64,000 nucleotides of DNA from an uncultured virus (IMG/VR IMGVR_UViG_3300027736_000024) (IMGVR_UViG_3300027736_000024:62001-126000), one strand, 5' to 3'. Positions 46,554 to 56,169 are shown, counted from the stretch's first letter. Numbers and translations: made by a program. Notes: a model not told the origin generated them from the sequence alone.

Positions 46554-46795
46554 AAAACAAAAAGCCACAAGACTACATAATCAGATACAGAGATGTCGAC
46601 CCTTACACTATGCATATCGATGGCGAGGGTGAAACATGCAGGACCGATAGCCGTGTCGGAGCGGAAAGGATTATTGAAGCCTTAACAGAGTTTAATACAA
46701 AGTCTAAACACGGCAGGCCAAATAGAGAGTACTACATAGAGGTTAAGGAAAGCCGTGGACCAATAGAAAAGCCCAATCCCTGGTGGACTTGGTAA
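46550..46795 (+). CDS. hypothetical protein
   Basis: ATGA overlap. Confidence 0.55.
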   Translation: MKNKKPQDYIIRYRDVDPYTMHIDGEGETCRTDSRVGAERIIEALTEFNTKSKHGRPNREYYIEVKESRGPIEKPNPWWTW

Positions 46796-46893
46796 TTAAA
46801 TAACCTGGTCTACCGACGTATAGTAAAAAGGAATATTACTATACAGTTTGTCGGGCGAAATAAAGATTATATATTCATTGCAAATAAAAAATT

Positions 46894-47112
46894 ATGATTG
46901 AATATCAAGAAATAATCGAAGGTAATTTAAAAGCAGTTAAAGACACAAGCGATTTTGGAAGTCCTAATAAATGGAACCTACACGTTAAAACCGTCAATGG
47001 ATGGTATGATTCAGTTCAATGGATGAGTGTATGGCGCATTCAAGAATTCTTTAAAACAAAACTACCCGTTTACAAAGAGGTAGAGAAGCAAGTTGACTAT
47101 GAATTAGAATAA
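46894..47112 (+). CDS. hypothetical protein
   Basis: A-rich start context. Confidence 0.55.
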   Translation: MIEYQEIIEGNLKAVKDTSDFGSPNKWNLHVKTVNGWYDSVQWMSVWRIQEFFKTKLPVYKEVEKQVDYELE

Positions 47113-47122
47113 ATTAAAAAAT

Positions 47123-47368
47123 ATGACACCACAAGAAAAAGCATTAGAACTATACAACAAGTATCTTCCATACGCTGATGAATATATCTACCCAGAACAA
47201 GCAGCAAAGGAGTTATGTATGATAACAGTGGATGAAATAATTGAAAGTAGAAAAGATGATAGCATGTTTGGTGATACATTGTTATCTACAAGCAGTGAGT
47301 ATTATACACCACACCCAATGTACATAACTTATTGGTTACAAGTAAAACAAGAAATAGAAAAGCTATGA
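47123..47368 (+). CDS. small phage protein (MTPxEKA family)
   Basis: MTPQEKALEL ... VDEII ... YWLQVKQEIEKL. Confidence 0.7.
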   Translation: MTPQEKALELYNKYLPYADEYIYPEQAAKELCMITVDEIIESRKDDSMFGDTLLSTSSEYYTPHPMYITYWLQVKQEIEKL

Positions 47369-47526
47369 AGCTATACAAAGAATACAACAACTTTTTTATC
47401 ACACCTTGTATAAAGATCTACTACGATACATACTTTGAAGGTGGGTTAATATGTTTAGATTTGGAATTTACATGGTTAATGTGGACAGTTAGCTTTAGTA
47501 TTATAAAAGAAAGTATATAAGATCAA

Positions 47527-47751
47527 ATGACAGTAAAAGAACTAATAGAGAACCTACAAACTCTAGATCCAGAACTCAGAGTCTTTGTTGAAGGGTATGA
47601 GGGTGGCTACAATGATGTTAGCTTTAATCCAAACATAAGTAAGTTTGTACTTGATTACCACTCAGATTGGTATTATGGAGTACATGAGATCATTGATGCG
47701 TGTTCCCAAGAAGAAGGAGAGTATCATACTGTGGACGGAATAGTGTTATAA
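47527..47751 (+). CDS. hypothetical phage protein
   Basis: MTVKELIENLQ ... GYEGG. Confidence 0.65.
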   Translation: MTVKELIENLQTLDPELRVFVEGYEGGYNDVSFNPNISKFVLDYHSDWYYGVHEIIDACSQEEGEYHTVDGIVL

Positions 47752-47865
47752 AAATATATACTATAGATGAAAATAATTTTGGCTTGTTTATTATTAAATT
47801 GTATTTTTATGTCATATTTGCTTGCTAGAACACACAACGGTGATGATATAATGTAAAGTAATAAT

Positions 47866-47950
47866 AGTCAGGTAGCGGAAATGGTAGACGCATGCATCCC
47901 GTAAGATTTGCATTCCACTGAGATTACTGGTTCGACTCCAGTCCTGACTA
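47866..47950 (+). tRNA. atypical tRNA-like element with irregular anticodon arm
   Basis: AGTCAGG/CCTGACT-A acceptor, GCG-GAAATGGTAGA-CGC D-arm, ACTGG-TTCGACT-CCAGT T-arm; anticodon not assignable. Confidence 0.7.
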
Positions 47951-48013
47951 CTCTGGATTTAAATAGCTTCCATCTCATGGGGATTTAGTATATTTAATAA
48001 ATAAATAAAGGTT

Positions 48014-48907
48014 ATGAATCTAGGATACGCTTGCATAAACATGACGCTAGGCAAAGCTGTGACTACGAATCGTGGTATGGTTAAAAAAACATTTCTCGCC
48101 AAGGGCCCGGACTGGGTATCTGAGTTGGCACTCGCCAATTCTCGGGACATCATCAAAATTCTAGAGTGGAATAGACTTAGAGGTATAAAACTATTTCGCT
48201 TGACATCTGCCCTTATCCCTTGGGGAGATAGTCTAGATCTTACACAATTAAAAGACTACGAAGAGATCCGGTCTGAACTTAAAAAGGCAGGTGACTTTGC
48301 AAGAGAACACGGTATCCGGATCACTACGCATCCTGGTCCATTCAATGTACTTCTTTCACCAAATGAAGCTGTAGTTGAAAAGACTATTCAAGATCTGGAA
48401 ATGCATGGCAAGATATTTGATATGATAGGACTTGATAAGTCACCATATAACAAGATCAATATACATTGTAATGGTGTTTATGGAGATAAGCCGGCAGCCA
48501 TGGATAGATTTTGCCTAAATTTTTCTCGTCTATCCGAATCAGTTAGATCAAGGCTTACTGTAGAGAACGATGATAAGGCAAGTATGTATTCTGTTATAGA
48601 CCTTATGTACATACACAAAAAGATTGGAACACCTATTGTATTTGATTATCACCACCATGGTTTTTGTACTGGTGATCTTACTGAGGAGGAGGCTTTAAAG
48701 TTGGCAGCTGAGACTTGGCCTGAAGGGATTAAGCAGCTTGTTCACTATTCAGAATCAAAAGCTCTACATGAAGGGAATACCAAACTTAAACCTCAAGCAC
48801 ATTCAGACTATATTAATTCACTTCCGAATACCTATGGTCTAGATCTAGATATTATGATTGAGGCAAAAGCAAAAGAGTTAGCAATCTTACCATTCATTAA
48901 AAAATAA
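48014..48907 (+). CDS. uvsE: UV DNA damage endonuclease (UvdE/UvsE)
   Basis: LGYACIN, LFRLTS, HPGPF, INIH, LTVENDD, FDYHHH, HYSE, AHSD, IEAKAKELA. Confidence 0.93.
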   Translation: MNLGYACINMTLGKAVTTNRGMVKKTFLAKGPDWVSELALANSRDIIKILEWNRLRGIKLFRLTSALIPWGDSLDLTQLKDYEEIRSELKKAGDFAREHGIRITTHPGPFNVLLSPNEAVVEKTIQDLEMHGKIFDMIGLDKSPYNKINIHCNGVYGDKPAAMDRFCLNFSRLSESVRSRLTVENDDKASMYSVIDLMYIHKKIGTPIVFDYHHHGFCTGDLTEEEALKLAAETWPEGIKQLVHYSESKALHEGNTKLKPQAHSDYINSLPNTYGLDLDIMIEAKAKELAILPFIKK

Positions 48908-49078
48908 AACAATCCGTATGAAAAAGAAAAATTTAAGTTTTTTAGTTATAGTAATAATATTATTTAGTAGTTGTTACACATCAGTGTCTACTGTGGGTAA
49001 TTGTAAATATTATTATCGTAGACCAATAGGTAGTTTACATAGGATAAATGCACCTCGATTCTAAACAAATAATAAACT

Positions 49079-49414
49079 ATGAACAAAGAAGAACAAAAAA
49101 AAATTATTATAGAAGTTATGGATGCGGATGCTAAAGATGGATTGTACGAAAAAGAAGATAAAACATTTAAACAAAAAAGTAAATGGACCAAAGTGAATAA
49201 CAAACAACAAACAGCAGTAGAATGGTTATTCACTCAATTATATGAAAAGTTTGAAATGAAAGGTGATGGAGAAAAGATGAATAAAATACTTAACAAAGCT
49301 AAAGAAATGGAGAAAGAGCAGATAGTAAATGCTTATGAATGTGGTTGGATTAATGGTGATTTGAAGAAAGCTCCGCGTTTTGGTAAGGATTATTATAATA
49401 CTTTAAATAAATAA
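49079..49414 (+). CDS. small phage protein (QTAVEWL/EKEQI family)
   Basis: KQQTAVEWL ... AKEMEKEQIVNAY ... DYYN. Confidence 0.65.
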   Translation: MNKEEQKKIIIEVMDADAKDGLYEKEDKTFKQKSKWTKVNNKQQTAVEWLFTQLYEKFEMKGDGEKMNKILNKAKEMEKEQIVNAYECGWINGDLKKAPRFGKDYYNTLNK

Positions 49415-49468
49415 TATGAACTACTGGTTAATACAAGCAATTGTTAAACAAATTAAAGCTGAGAAGAA

Positions 49469-49672
49469 ATGAAAACGGCAATGAAAGAATTAATTGAGTA
49501 TCTTGATCCTATACACAGTGGAATAAAAGATAAGGCAACTGAATTACTTGAAAAAGAAAAGAAACAGATGCTAGATGCTATGCGCTATGCTCTTGATGAG
49601 GATGGGCATAATGGATCATGGATTTTTAATTTTATAGAATCATATTATAAAAAAATGTACGAAAATGAGTAA
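49469..49672 (+). CDS. small phage protein (EKEQI family)
   Basis: MKTAMKELIE ... LEKEKKQMLDA ... YY. Confidence 0.65.
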   Translation: MKTAMKELIEYLDPIHSGIKDKATELLEKEKKQMLDAMRYALDEDGHNGSWIFNFIESYYKKMYENE

Positions 49673-49698
49673 ACTGTGATTGATATTTATAGTAAAAG

Positions 49699-50121
49699 TT
49701 GAATAAATCCGCTCTTCACAAATTACAAGACTTAGTTAAGGAAGAGTATAAGAAATCCTCAAGAATATTAGCTCCTTGGCTATTAACAGTAATAACTACA
49801 CTAAAAACAGAAGAGCGAAATCAAATAATAGAAGCCTTTGAATCCGGGCAATTTGATCAAGAAAAAACAGGTGAAAATTATTGGGAATCTAAGTATAATC
49901 CAATATCATTATCACCAGCAGAAATGGCAGACTCTATAATAAAGTTATATAATCAAAATCCAGAAGATCCATATATAGATTACGATCCACTTGCAAGATC
50001 GTACGCTAAAATAGCAGTGGGTAGTATAATAGAAGCCATAAACGAGTTACCTATTCATGATGAGTCTATCCAAATAAATGAAAGAATAGAATATTGGACT
50101 CAAGTAAAAGATTTTATATAA
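49699..50121 (+). CDS. two-module small phage protein
   Basis: EERNQIIEAF module plus SPAEMA...YWTQVK module. Confidence 0.6.
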   Translation: MNKSALHKLQDLVKEEYKKSSRILAPWLLTVITTLKTEERNQIIEAFESGQFDQEKTGENYWESKYNPISLSPAEMADSIIKLYNQNPEDPYIDYDPLARSYAKIAVGSIIEAINELPIHDESIQINERIEYWTQVKDFI

Positions 50122-50156
50122 TAAATTATTAAAGATATTTATATAAAAGATAATTT

Positions 50157-50273
50157 ATGGCAAGATCAAAGAAAACCTGGAGACCAATGAAATCTAGAAA
50201 AAATGGTCTCAAGCATCGAGACAGGATAAATGAGAATAATAAGATACTAAAAAGATTAAAAGAGATCCACTAA
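50157..50273 (+). CDS. 38-aa basic protein (not in ORF track)
   Basis: MARSKKTWRPMKSRKNGLKHRDRINENNKILKRLKEIH; ATATTTTAT upstream; terminator follows. Confidence 0.45.
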   Translation: MARSKKTWRPMKSRKNGLKHRDRINENNKILKRLKEIH

Positions 50274-50289
50274 AAACGGATCTTTTTTT
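50263..50289 (+). terminator. intrinsic terminator
   Basis: AGATCC/GGATCT stem then T-tract. Confidence 0.55.
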
Positions 50290-50317
50290 ATTTAAATGAA
50301 TTGTCTTATTTTTGATT

Positions 50318-50794
50318 ATGAGCAAATTAAAATATACATTAGAACAATTTAGATGGATTAAAGTGCTATTTAGTCCGTTTAAACCATTTACTGTTAAATG
50401 GTATATAGGTAAAACACAAATAGGTACTCCATATTTCTTACCTAGAAAATGGGTTAATCGTAAACCAGTACCACTTAAAATTGGATTCAGTTACTGTGGT
50501 TTAGGGTGGAAAACAAAATGGACATCTACTGATTTTAGATATGAATGGGGTCCTGTATTTTCATTTGTATTCTTTGGTTATCAAGTAGCGTTAATGATAG
50601 GTCACAAGAATGTTAGTCATTATTGGGAAGCCTGGTTATATTACGAATATGCTACAGATAAAACAAAATCAAAACGTGAACGAATAGAACAATGTAGGAA
50701 AGAATTTTCACAAATATGGACAACACATAAGCATGATGAAGAGCCAAAAACAATAGACTATTATACTAAAATACTTAAATCAAAATATCTATGA
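50318..50794 (+). CDS. hypothetical protein
   Basis: Trp-rich ORF; ATG at 50318. Confidence 0.65.
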   Translation: MSKLKYTLEQFRWIKVLFSPFKPFTVKWYIGKTQIGTPYFLPRKWVNRKPVPLKIGFSYCGLGWKTKWTSTDFRYEWGPVFSFVFFGYQVALMIGHKNVSHYWEAWLYYEYATDKTKSKRERIEQCRKEFSQIWTTHKHDEEPKTIDYYTKILKSKYL

Positions 50795-51090
50795 CACGAG
50801 TAGAACAAAAAGGAAATAAGGAGAGACTTATACTAAAGGAATTAATTGATAAAATGTTTGAAATAGCAGGCCATCCTCTAAAGTTTGAAGATGTAGAAGG
50901 TAGAACTGATAATTGGTTTCAACAATACACTATGACTGAAGCTCAAAATGAGGAGTGGCGAAATTGGGGTACTAAATTTCTAAGTAAGAAACGTCGTTTT
51001 GGTATGAAGTTAGCGGATCGTGAAATGAGAATGTTAGATTTGTATTGTGGATTGAGTATATCGGATAGTAGATTTGCAAAAGAATTATGA
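50791..51090 (+). CDS. hypothetical protein
   Basis: ATGA overlap; WFQQYTMTE..NEEW. Confidence 0.65.
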   Translation: MTRVEQKGNKERLILKELIDKMFEIAGHPLKFEDVEGRTDNWFQQYTMTEAQNEEWRNWGTKFLSKKRRFGMKLADREMRMLDLYCGLSISDSRFAKEL

Positions 51091-51704
51091 TAATACACAC
51101 AATGTGGATAGGATCCGAGATCCCTATTAAATATCATAGTAACTTAGATAAATTCAGGATGTTAAATCCCGGCTTTCAACACATGCATTGGGGAGAGAAT
51201 GATATAATCAGTATTTTTAAATATTTTAATCTAATAGAATTATATAATTCAATGCCTAGTTTTATAACTAAATTCAATTTGGCAAAGTATGCAATACTAG
51301 ATAAATTCGGTGGGATATTCACAGACTTAGATATACAGTGGAAAAAATCATTTATTGAAATTATGAATGATCAGGAGTTTAATGATATAGATATATTATT
51401 AACACATCCAGTAGATACAGCACATTATTATATAAATGATCAAGCCGTTAATCTTTTAGATGATCCATTTATTATAGCCAGACCAAACCTACTTAGCCAA
51501 TGTCTTGACTTTAGATTTAAAAGAGAGTTAAGAATAGATCCCGAAACAAAAGCCGTCCATAAAGCAGAACCTATAGGTCCTTTCTTATTAACAGAGTGGA
51601 TTTATGCTAATCAAATAAAGCATAGAGCATTTAGCCAAACTGCATTTTTAAGTCTAAATGGTTTTTACGGATACCACGAACAATTAGATCTATGGAATAA
51701 ATAA
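51087..51704 (+). CDS. DXD-motif glycosyltransferase (GT32/Och1-like)
   Basis: IIHTMW, LNP, KYAILDKFGGIFTDLD, GPFLLT. Confidence 0.8.
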   Translation: MIIHTMWIGSEIPIKYHSNLDKFRMLNPGFQHMHWGENDIISIFKYFNLIELYNSMPSFITKFNLAKYAILDKFGGIFTDLDIQWKKSFIEIMNDQEFNDIDILLTHPVDTAHYYINDQAVNLLDDPFIIARPNLLSQCLDFRFKRELRIDPETKAVHKAEPIGPFLLTEWIYANQIKHRAFSQTAFLSLNGFYGYHEQLDLWNK

Positions 51705-51730
51705 AAAGATATTTATATAAAAGAATCTCA

Positions 51731-52423
51731 ATGAAACTCAGTAAGATACTAGAAGGAGAATATGGAAATATATTATTTGGAGATAAAGATGATCCTGCAA
51801 AATTTGCTAAAATGCAAGGCGTGAAACCTGGCTCAGAACCAGATTTACCGGAAGAAAAAAAACTATTACTTCTATTAAAAAAATGGACAGTAAATCCTGC
51901 ACATTCTATACAAGATCTTTATAAAATTAGAGGGAAGCTAAAATCATTAGCAAACGAATATCCAAAAATATTAAAACCTAGTACTCCAAATGGTACTATA
52001 ATTTATAGAGGATTAACAAGTACAAATCCCCAAATAGAATCTCAAGTAAAAGCTTCAAATCCAGAAGATTGGATAAAAGCAGGTCGTTTATATATTTTAA
52101 AAACTCCCATAAAATATATTCCAAGAAGCGATATTCAGTCTTGGTCAACAAGGATGGAAACAGGCATGTACTCCTTTGGGCAAGGAGGAATGTTAATATC
52201 TAAGCAAAACGAAGAATACATGATGAATCAAGAAGCGCTATCTATACTATATCCATTGAGTGAAGACGAGATACTTCACTTTGGAAAAAACTATGATCAA
52301 AATGTATATTTTGCAGGTATTGACATATCAAATACAATAAGAAAATATAGTAAAAAATTAGCAAATGTAAAATCTGTATCTGACAGAAGTAAAGATTTGG
52401 ATATGAAATCTATAATTAAATAA
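51731..52423 (+). CDS. putative virion-packaged ADP-ribosyltransferase (R-S-E type)
   Basis: MKLSKILE leader; IIYRGL, QSWST, EDEIL. Confidence 0.55.
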   Translation: MKLSKILEGEYGNILFGDKDDPAKFAKMQGVKPGSEPDLPEEKKLLLLLKKWTVNPAHSIQDLYKIRGKLKSLANEYPKILKPSTPNGTIIYRGLTSTNPQIESQVKASNPEDWIKAGRLYILKTPIKYIPRSDIQSWSTRMETGMYSFGQGGMLISKQNEEYMMNQEALSILYPLSEDEILHFGKNYDQNVYFAGIDISNTIRKYSKKLANVKSVSDRSKDLDMKSIIK

Positions 52424-52433
52424 AATAATCTCA

Positions 52434-53597
52434 ATGAAACTCAGTAAAATATTAGAATCTATCCTAGATGAATTAAACGTCCCAAAACCTGAGGATGCAT
52501 ATAAATTCTATAAAATAACAAAAAAGGATCTAGGATATGGTACCATGCACACTTATGTGTATGAAAATGTAAATGGAGATCTAATGGAAATCTCTAACAT
52601 GGTAACAAAACATCCAAAAGAACCTGGTAAATCAATATACTTGGCTTTTAAGAAATATGAAGGACCTGGATCTGATGAGGAAGAATACGATAATGAAGAA
52701 GAAGAGGAAAGGAAATATTCTGAGAAGACAGGAGCCGGTGACCTGATTAAGGTATTGGCAACTGTGGTACAGTCTGTAAAGAATACCATGAATAAAGAGG
52801 GTGGTGAAAATAAGATATATGCCATAAAGTTTAGCCCATCAGATAATAAAAGGGCTAACATATATCTACACTATATAAAAACCCTGTTCCCTGACTTCAA
52901 AGAAGAGAAAGGAGTGGAGGCTAAATTTACAACCTTTGTTAATAAGAATTTTAAGCCAAAGGTAATCTCAGAAATAGGAGATGCATCAGCTGAAGGATAT
53001 AGTCTGTCAAAACCAAATATCAAAGGACCAATAAATAAGGCATTAGACAAGATAAACAGTAGCGAAAGCAAAAGAAAATACGGAGGAGAGGAACCATTCA
53101 AAGTAAGATACACTGCCTCTGTAGGAACCAATAAATACCTTATAGACATATCAGGAATGGTAAGTAATGTAACTCCAGGCACTGTCCCAAGATTTACTTA
53201 TCTGTTTAATCCAGATGGAACTAGAAAACCAGGAAAGCTAGATATAAGAGTAGACTTTGATATGAAAAGGGATTCTAAAAAAGATGCCTTTACTTCAACA
53301 GAACTAAACGAACAGTACAAAGTATTATCCGCAGTATTTAATTCTGTTATTGACTTTGTAAACCAAACAGAAGCCACTACACCAGTAGATCAGATACTTA
53401 TGTATCCATCAAACGATAAAGGAACAGATACTGCAAGCAATTCTAAGAGAGGAAGATTCTATATGGTTTATATACAAAAGAATATCTCTAAACTTCCCGA
53501 TCCAAGCATGTGGGACGTAAACCTTAACATGAGTGATAACTACATAGACTTAAGTAGAATCCCTCCAATGCCAACAAAGAAAACAAAGAAGAAATAA
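52434..53597 (+). CDS. MKLxKILE-leader protein with two copies of a domain
   Basis: MKLSKILESILDE; internal VISEIGDAS; two domains similar to 53598. Confidence 0.75.
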   Translation: MKLSKILESILDELNVPKPEDAYKFYKITKKDLGYGTMHTYVYENVNGDLMEISNMVTKHPKEPGKSIYLAFKKYEGPGSDEEEYDNEEEEERKYSEKTGAGDLIKVLATVVQSVKNTMNKEGGENKIYAIKFSPSDNKRANIYLHYIKTLFPDFKEEKGVEAKFTTFVNKNFKPKVISEIGDASAEGYSLSKPNIKGPINKALDKINSSESKRKYGGEEPFKVRYTASVGTNKYLIDISGMVSNVTPGTVPRFTYLFNPDGTRKPGKLDIRVDFDMKRDSKKDAFTSTELNEQYKVLSAVFNSVIDFVNQTEATTPVDQILMYPSNDKGTDTASNSKRGRFYMVYIQKNISKLPDPSMWDVNLNMSDNYIDLSRIPPMPTKKTKKK

Positions 53598-54080
53598 ATG
53601 AAACTAACCAAGATACTAAAGGAAGTAATATCAGAGATAGGAGACGCATCTAAAGAACCATACCCATTTAAAAAAGATATGGATGATATGGATGAAAGAA
53701 AATACACATTTTTTACAGACTCTGGATTTGAATATGAAGTTAGGGTAGAAACTATAGGAGGAAGTCCTATGGAACCTGTAATAGCAAGGGTAGGATTTGG
53801 TGTAATAGATGGGACTGATGATATATCTTATGTGAAACAGACAGGAGAGAATGATGTATATAAAATAATGGCAACAGTAACTGCAATAGTAAAGCAGGAT
53901 CTTAAATCTAATGATGCTGATGTTATAGAGTTTTCTTCAAGTAAAAGAAGGAATAAGGGTGTGGATGAAGATCCAATGTCTAATGTAAGAACACAACTCT
54001 ACTCAAGATATATTAAAGGCCAATTCCCTAATGCTGAGGTTCAATTTGATGATTATGGAGATGTAAGGGTAAGATTATAA
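53598..54080 (+). CDS. MKLxKILE-leader protein (single domain)
   Basis: MKLTKILKEVISEIGDAS. Confidence 0.75.
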   Translation: MKLTKILKEVISEIGDASKEPYPFKKDMDDMDERKYTFFTDSGFEYEVRVETIGGSPMEPVIARVGFGVIDGTDDISYVKQTGENDVYKIMATVTAIVKQDLKSNDADVIEFSSSKRRNKGVDEDPMSNVRTQLYSRYIKGQFPNAEVQFDDYGDVRVRL

Positions 54081-54089
54081 TAAATAATA

Positions 54090-54665
54090 ATGAAACTAAC
54101 TAAGATATTAGAAGGAATACTAAAAGAGAATCTACTCCAGTTTTATCATGGATCTACAGATAAGAATCTAGCAGGTAAGAATGGAATACATGTAGGATCT
54201 AAACTTGCAGCAACTCAAGCACTCCAAGCAAGAATAGGAGTTCCTGCTGAAGGTGAATGGGATGGTACAAGAGAATACGGTAAGACTAAACTAGCAGGAA
54301 AGAAAACCTTAGATAGAAGAGAAAAGGAATTAGGATATTTCTTAAAAACAGGATATAATACTCAATCTGAAGTACCTGAAGTACCTGAAGAAGATTATTA
54401 CCCTGAAGACAGAGGTAAATTGCCAACTTATTCGGATGGTACACATATAAGTTTAGACTCTAAACCTATAATATTTCCTGTGAAGATCAAAGGACCGATG
54501 AATAATACCGTAAGAAACCCGAAGACAGATATGGCAGCAAACTCACTCATGATGAGAGGACTAAGGAAAGGAAATGCCCGAAACGGATTCTATTATATAA
54601 ATGATGGAGAAGATGAAGGATCAATATCTGCTGTAGTACCAAATAAAGATTGGTTAAGTTATTAA
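54090..54665 (+). CDS. MKLxKILE-leader protein, ART-like fold candidate
   Basis: FYHGS, GIHVG, YINDGEDEGSISAVV. Confidence 0.5.
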   Translation: MKLTKILEGILKENLLQFYHGSTDKNLAGKNGIHVGSKLAATQALQARIGVPAEGEWDGTREYGKTKLAGKKTLDRREKELGYFLKTGYNTQSEVPEVPEEDYYPEDRGKLPTYSDGTHISLDSKPIIFPVKIKGPMNNTVRNPKTDMAANSLMMRGLRKGNARNGFYYINDGEDEGSISAVVPNKDWLSY

Positions 54666-54901
54666 AACGACTGGCTCAAGAAATAATAAAGGATATAATA
54701 AACACCAGAATGATAGATAAGAATATGGGTAATAAGAAAACCTCAACCCCTAATACTAATATAGAAAGTAAACCATTAACCCCAAAGGATAGAGAAGCCA
54801 TAAGCCTGTGGATACTAAAGGCCAAACAAGACAAGGCACAAAGCTGGCTCGGTAAATGGTATTGGCAAATACGAATAGATAAGGAAAAGAATAAGAAGCA
54901 G

Positions 54902-54925
54902 GGCTAGAAGGATCTAGCCTTTCTC
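54902..54925 (+). terminator. intrinsic terminator
   Basis: GGCTAGA-AGGA-TCTAGCC then T-rich tail. Confidence 0.55.
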
Positions 54926-55084
54926 ATTTTATGTGAATCTGGATATAAGAGAATAAAGATATACTAAGAAAAAAAGAGTAGCCATAAAATATAAAGTGTA
55001 GAAGGGTGTTAGAATGTGTCAATTTGTGTTAGAAAGTGTAGAAACTAGAATCTATAGGAAGTAGCCGTATCCTGCCCGCGTCAC

Positions 55085-55231
55085 CTAAGTGATTGATTAT
55101 CAACGGGTTAGGAATTATAAATAAAGATATACATAACTGATTGGTTACCAATAAAAACTTTCAAAAATAGTTACTCTAAAATTTTTTTATCTGACGGATT
55201 TGTCTTAATTTTACTATGTAACAAATCAATA
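55085..55231 (+). promoter_or_regulatory. repeat-promoter cassette copy 4 (middle unit degenerate)
   Basis: Units at 55085 and 55133; TTGTCTTAATTTTACTAT; ACAAATCAATA-ATG. Confidence 0.7.
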
Positions 55232-55540
55232 ATGACTATGGACAGAATGACTATCCGCCTTACCTCCTCTAGATCTTATGCAAGACTTGCTAAAGCAGTA
55301 ATTGACATGAATAAGAATATCTATGGCAATGAGATCTTTGCCGAAGACAGGATCGAATTTAAAGATGCTTATGATGCTGATGGGAACCTAACCCACTTTG
55401 AGATCACGGGAACAGCATTAGATATGTTCCAGATCGGCCTAAGATATGGACACATGGAAGAAAGGGAACACCTATCACCTTATTTAAGAGATATCTACAA
55501 AGACATCTTTACTCCTACACCAGAAACCATTGCACAGTAA
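55232..55540 (+). CDS. hypothetical protein
   Basis: Directly after cassette. Confidence 0.65.
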   Translation: MTMDRMTIRLTSSRSYARLAKAVIDMNKNIYGNEIFAEDRIEFKDAYDADGNLTHFEITGTALDMFQIGLRYGHMEEREHLSPYLRDIYKDIFTPTPETIAQ

Positions 55541-55562
55541 TTAAAAAATAAAAATATATAAT

Positions 55563-55775
55563 ATGAAGATGAATGAATTAAAGAGGCTAGCGACAATGAC
55601 TAGCACACAGTATCAGACAGAGAATCCTAATTATGAACCAATGTTCCCTGCCGGTTGGGAAGCCGATAAGAATTGGCCAGACCTATCAGTGAATAACTAT
55701 GACAGCTTCAGATCTACCCAGATCCAGATCGATGACTATCAAGAACGTATGGCTGGCTGCTACGATACAGAATAA
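55563..55775 (+). CDS. hypothetical protein
   Basis: A-rich start context. Confidence 0.55.
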   Translation: MKMNELKRLATMTSTQYQTENPNYEPMFPAGWEADKNWPDLSVNNYDSFRSTQIQIDDYQERMAGCYDTE

Positions 55776-55867
55776 AAGTGTGGCACTTAGAAGATCGGCA
55801 ATAACAGGTTCAAAAGATTGTCTTATATTTACTATATAACAATTAGCAATAAACAAAACAAACAGTT

Positions 55868-56113
55868 ATGCAAAATTCAAACAGGCCTTCGAGCTACCAA
55901 AAGTTGACTTACATCCAAAAGGTAAGTCGTATTAATCGCAAGCTCCGTACTGGAGACATCACAACCGTAGCTGAGACTACCGGTTTTTCTACTACTCACG
56001 TATCTGACGTGATCTCTGGTAAGTACTTCAACGACAAGATCGTTAATGAAGCTTACGACATGACGCGTGGTCGTCTGTCAAATGCTGTTAAGCTTACTAG
56101 CTTAGAGGCATAG
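55868..56113 (+). CDS. HTH DNA-binding protein
   Basis: ITTVAETTGFSTTHVSDVISGK; own promoter-like TTGTCTTATATTTACTAT upstream and terminator downstream. Confidence 0.7.
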   Translation: MQNSNRPSSYQKLTYIQKVSRINRKLRTGDITTVAETTGFSTTHVSDVISGKYFNDKIVNEAYDMTRGRLSNAVKLTSLEA

Positions 56114-56139
56114 TCTATTCACTTTTATGATTTGTTACC

Positions 56140-56169
56140 GGCCTGGGGTTTCTACCCTGGGCCTTTTTT
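56140..56169 (+). terminator. intrinsic terminator
   Basis: GGCCTGGGGT-TTCT-ACCCTGGGCC then TTTTTT. Confidence 0.8.
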
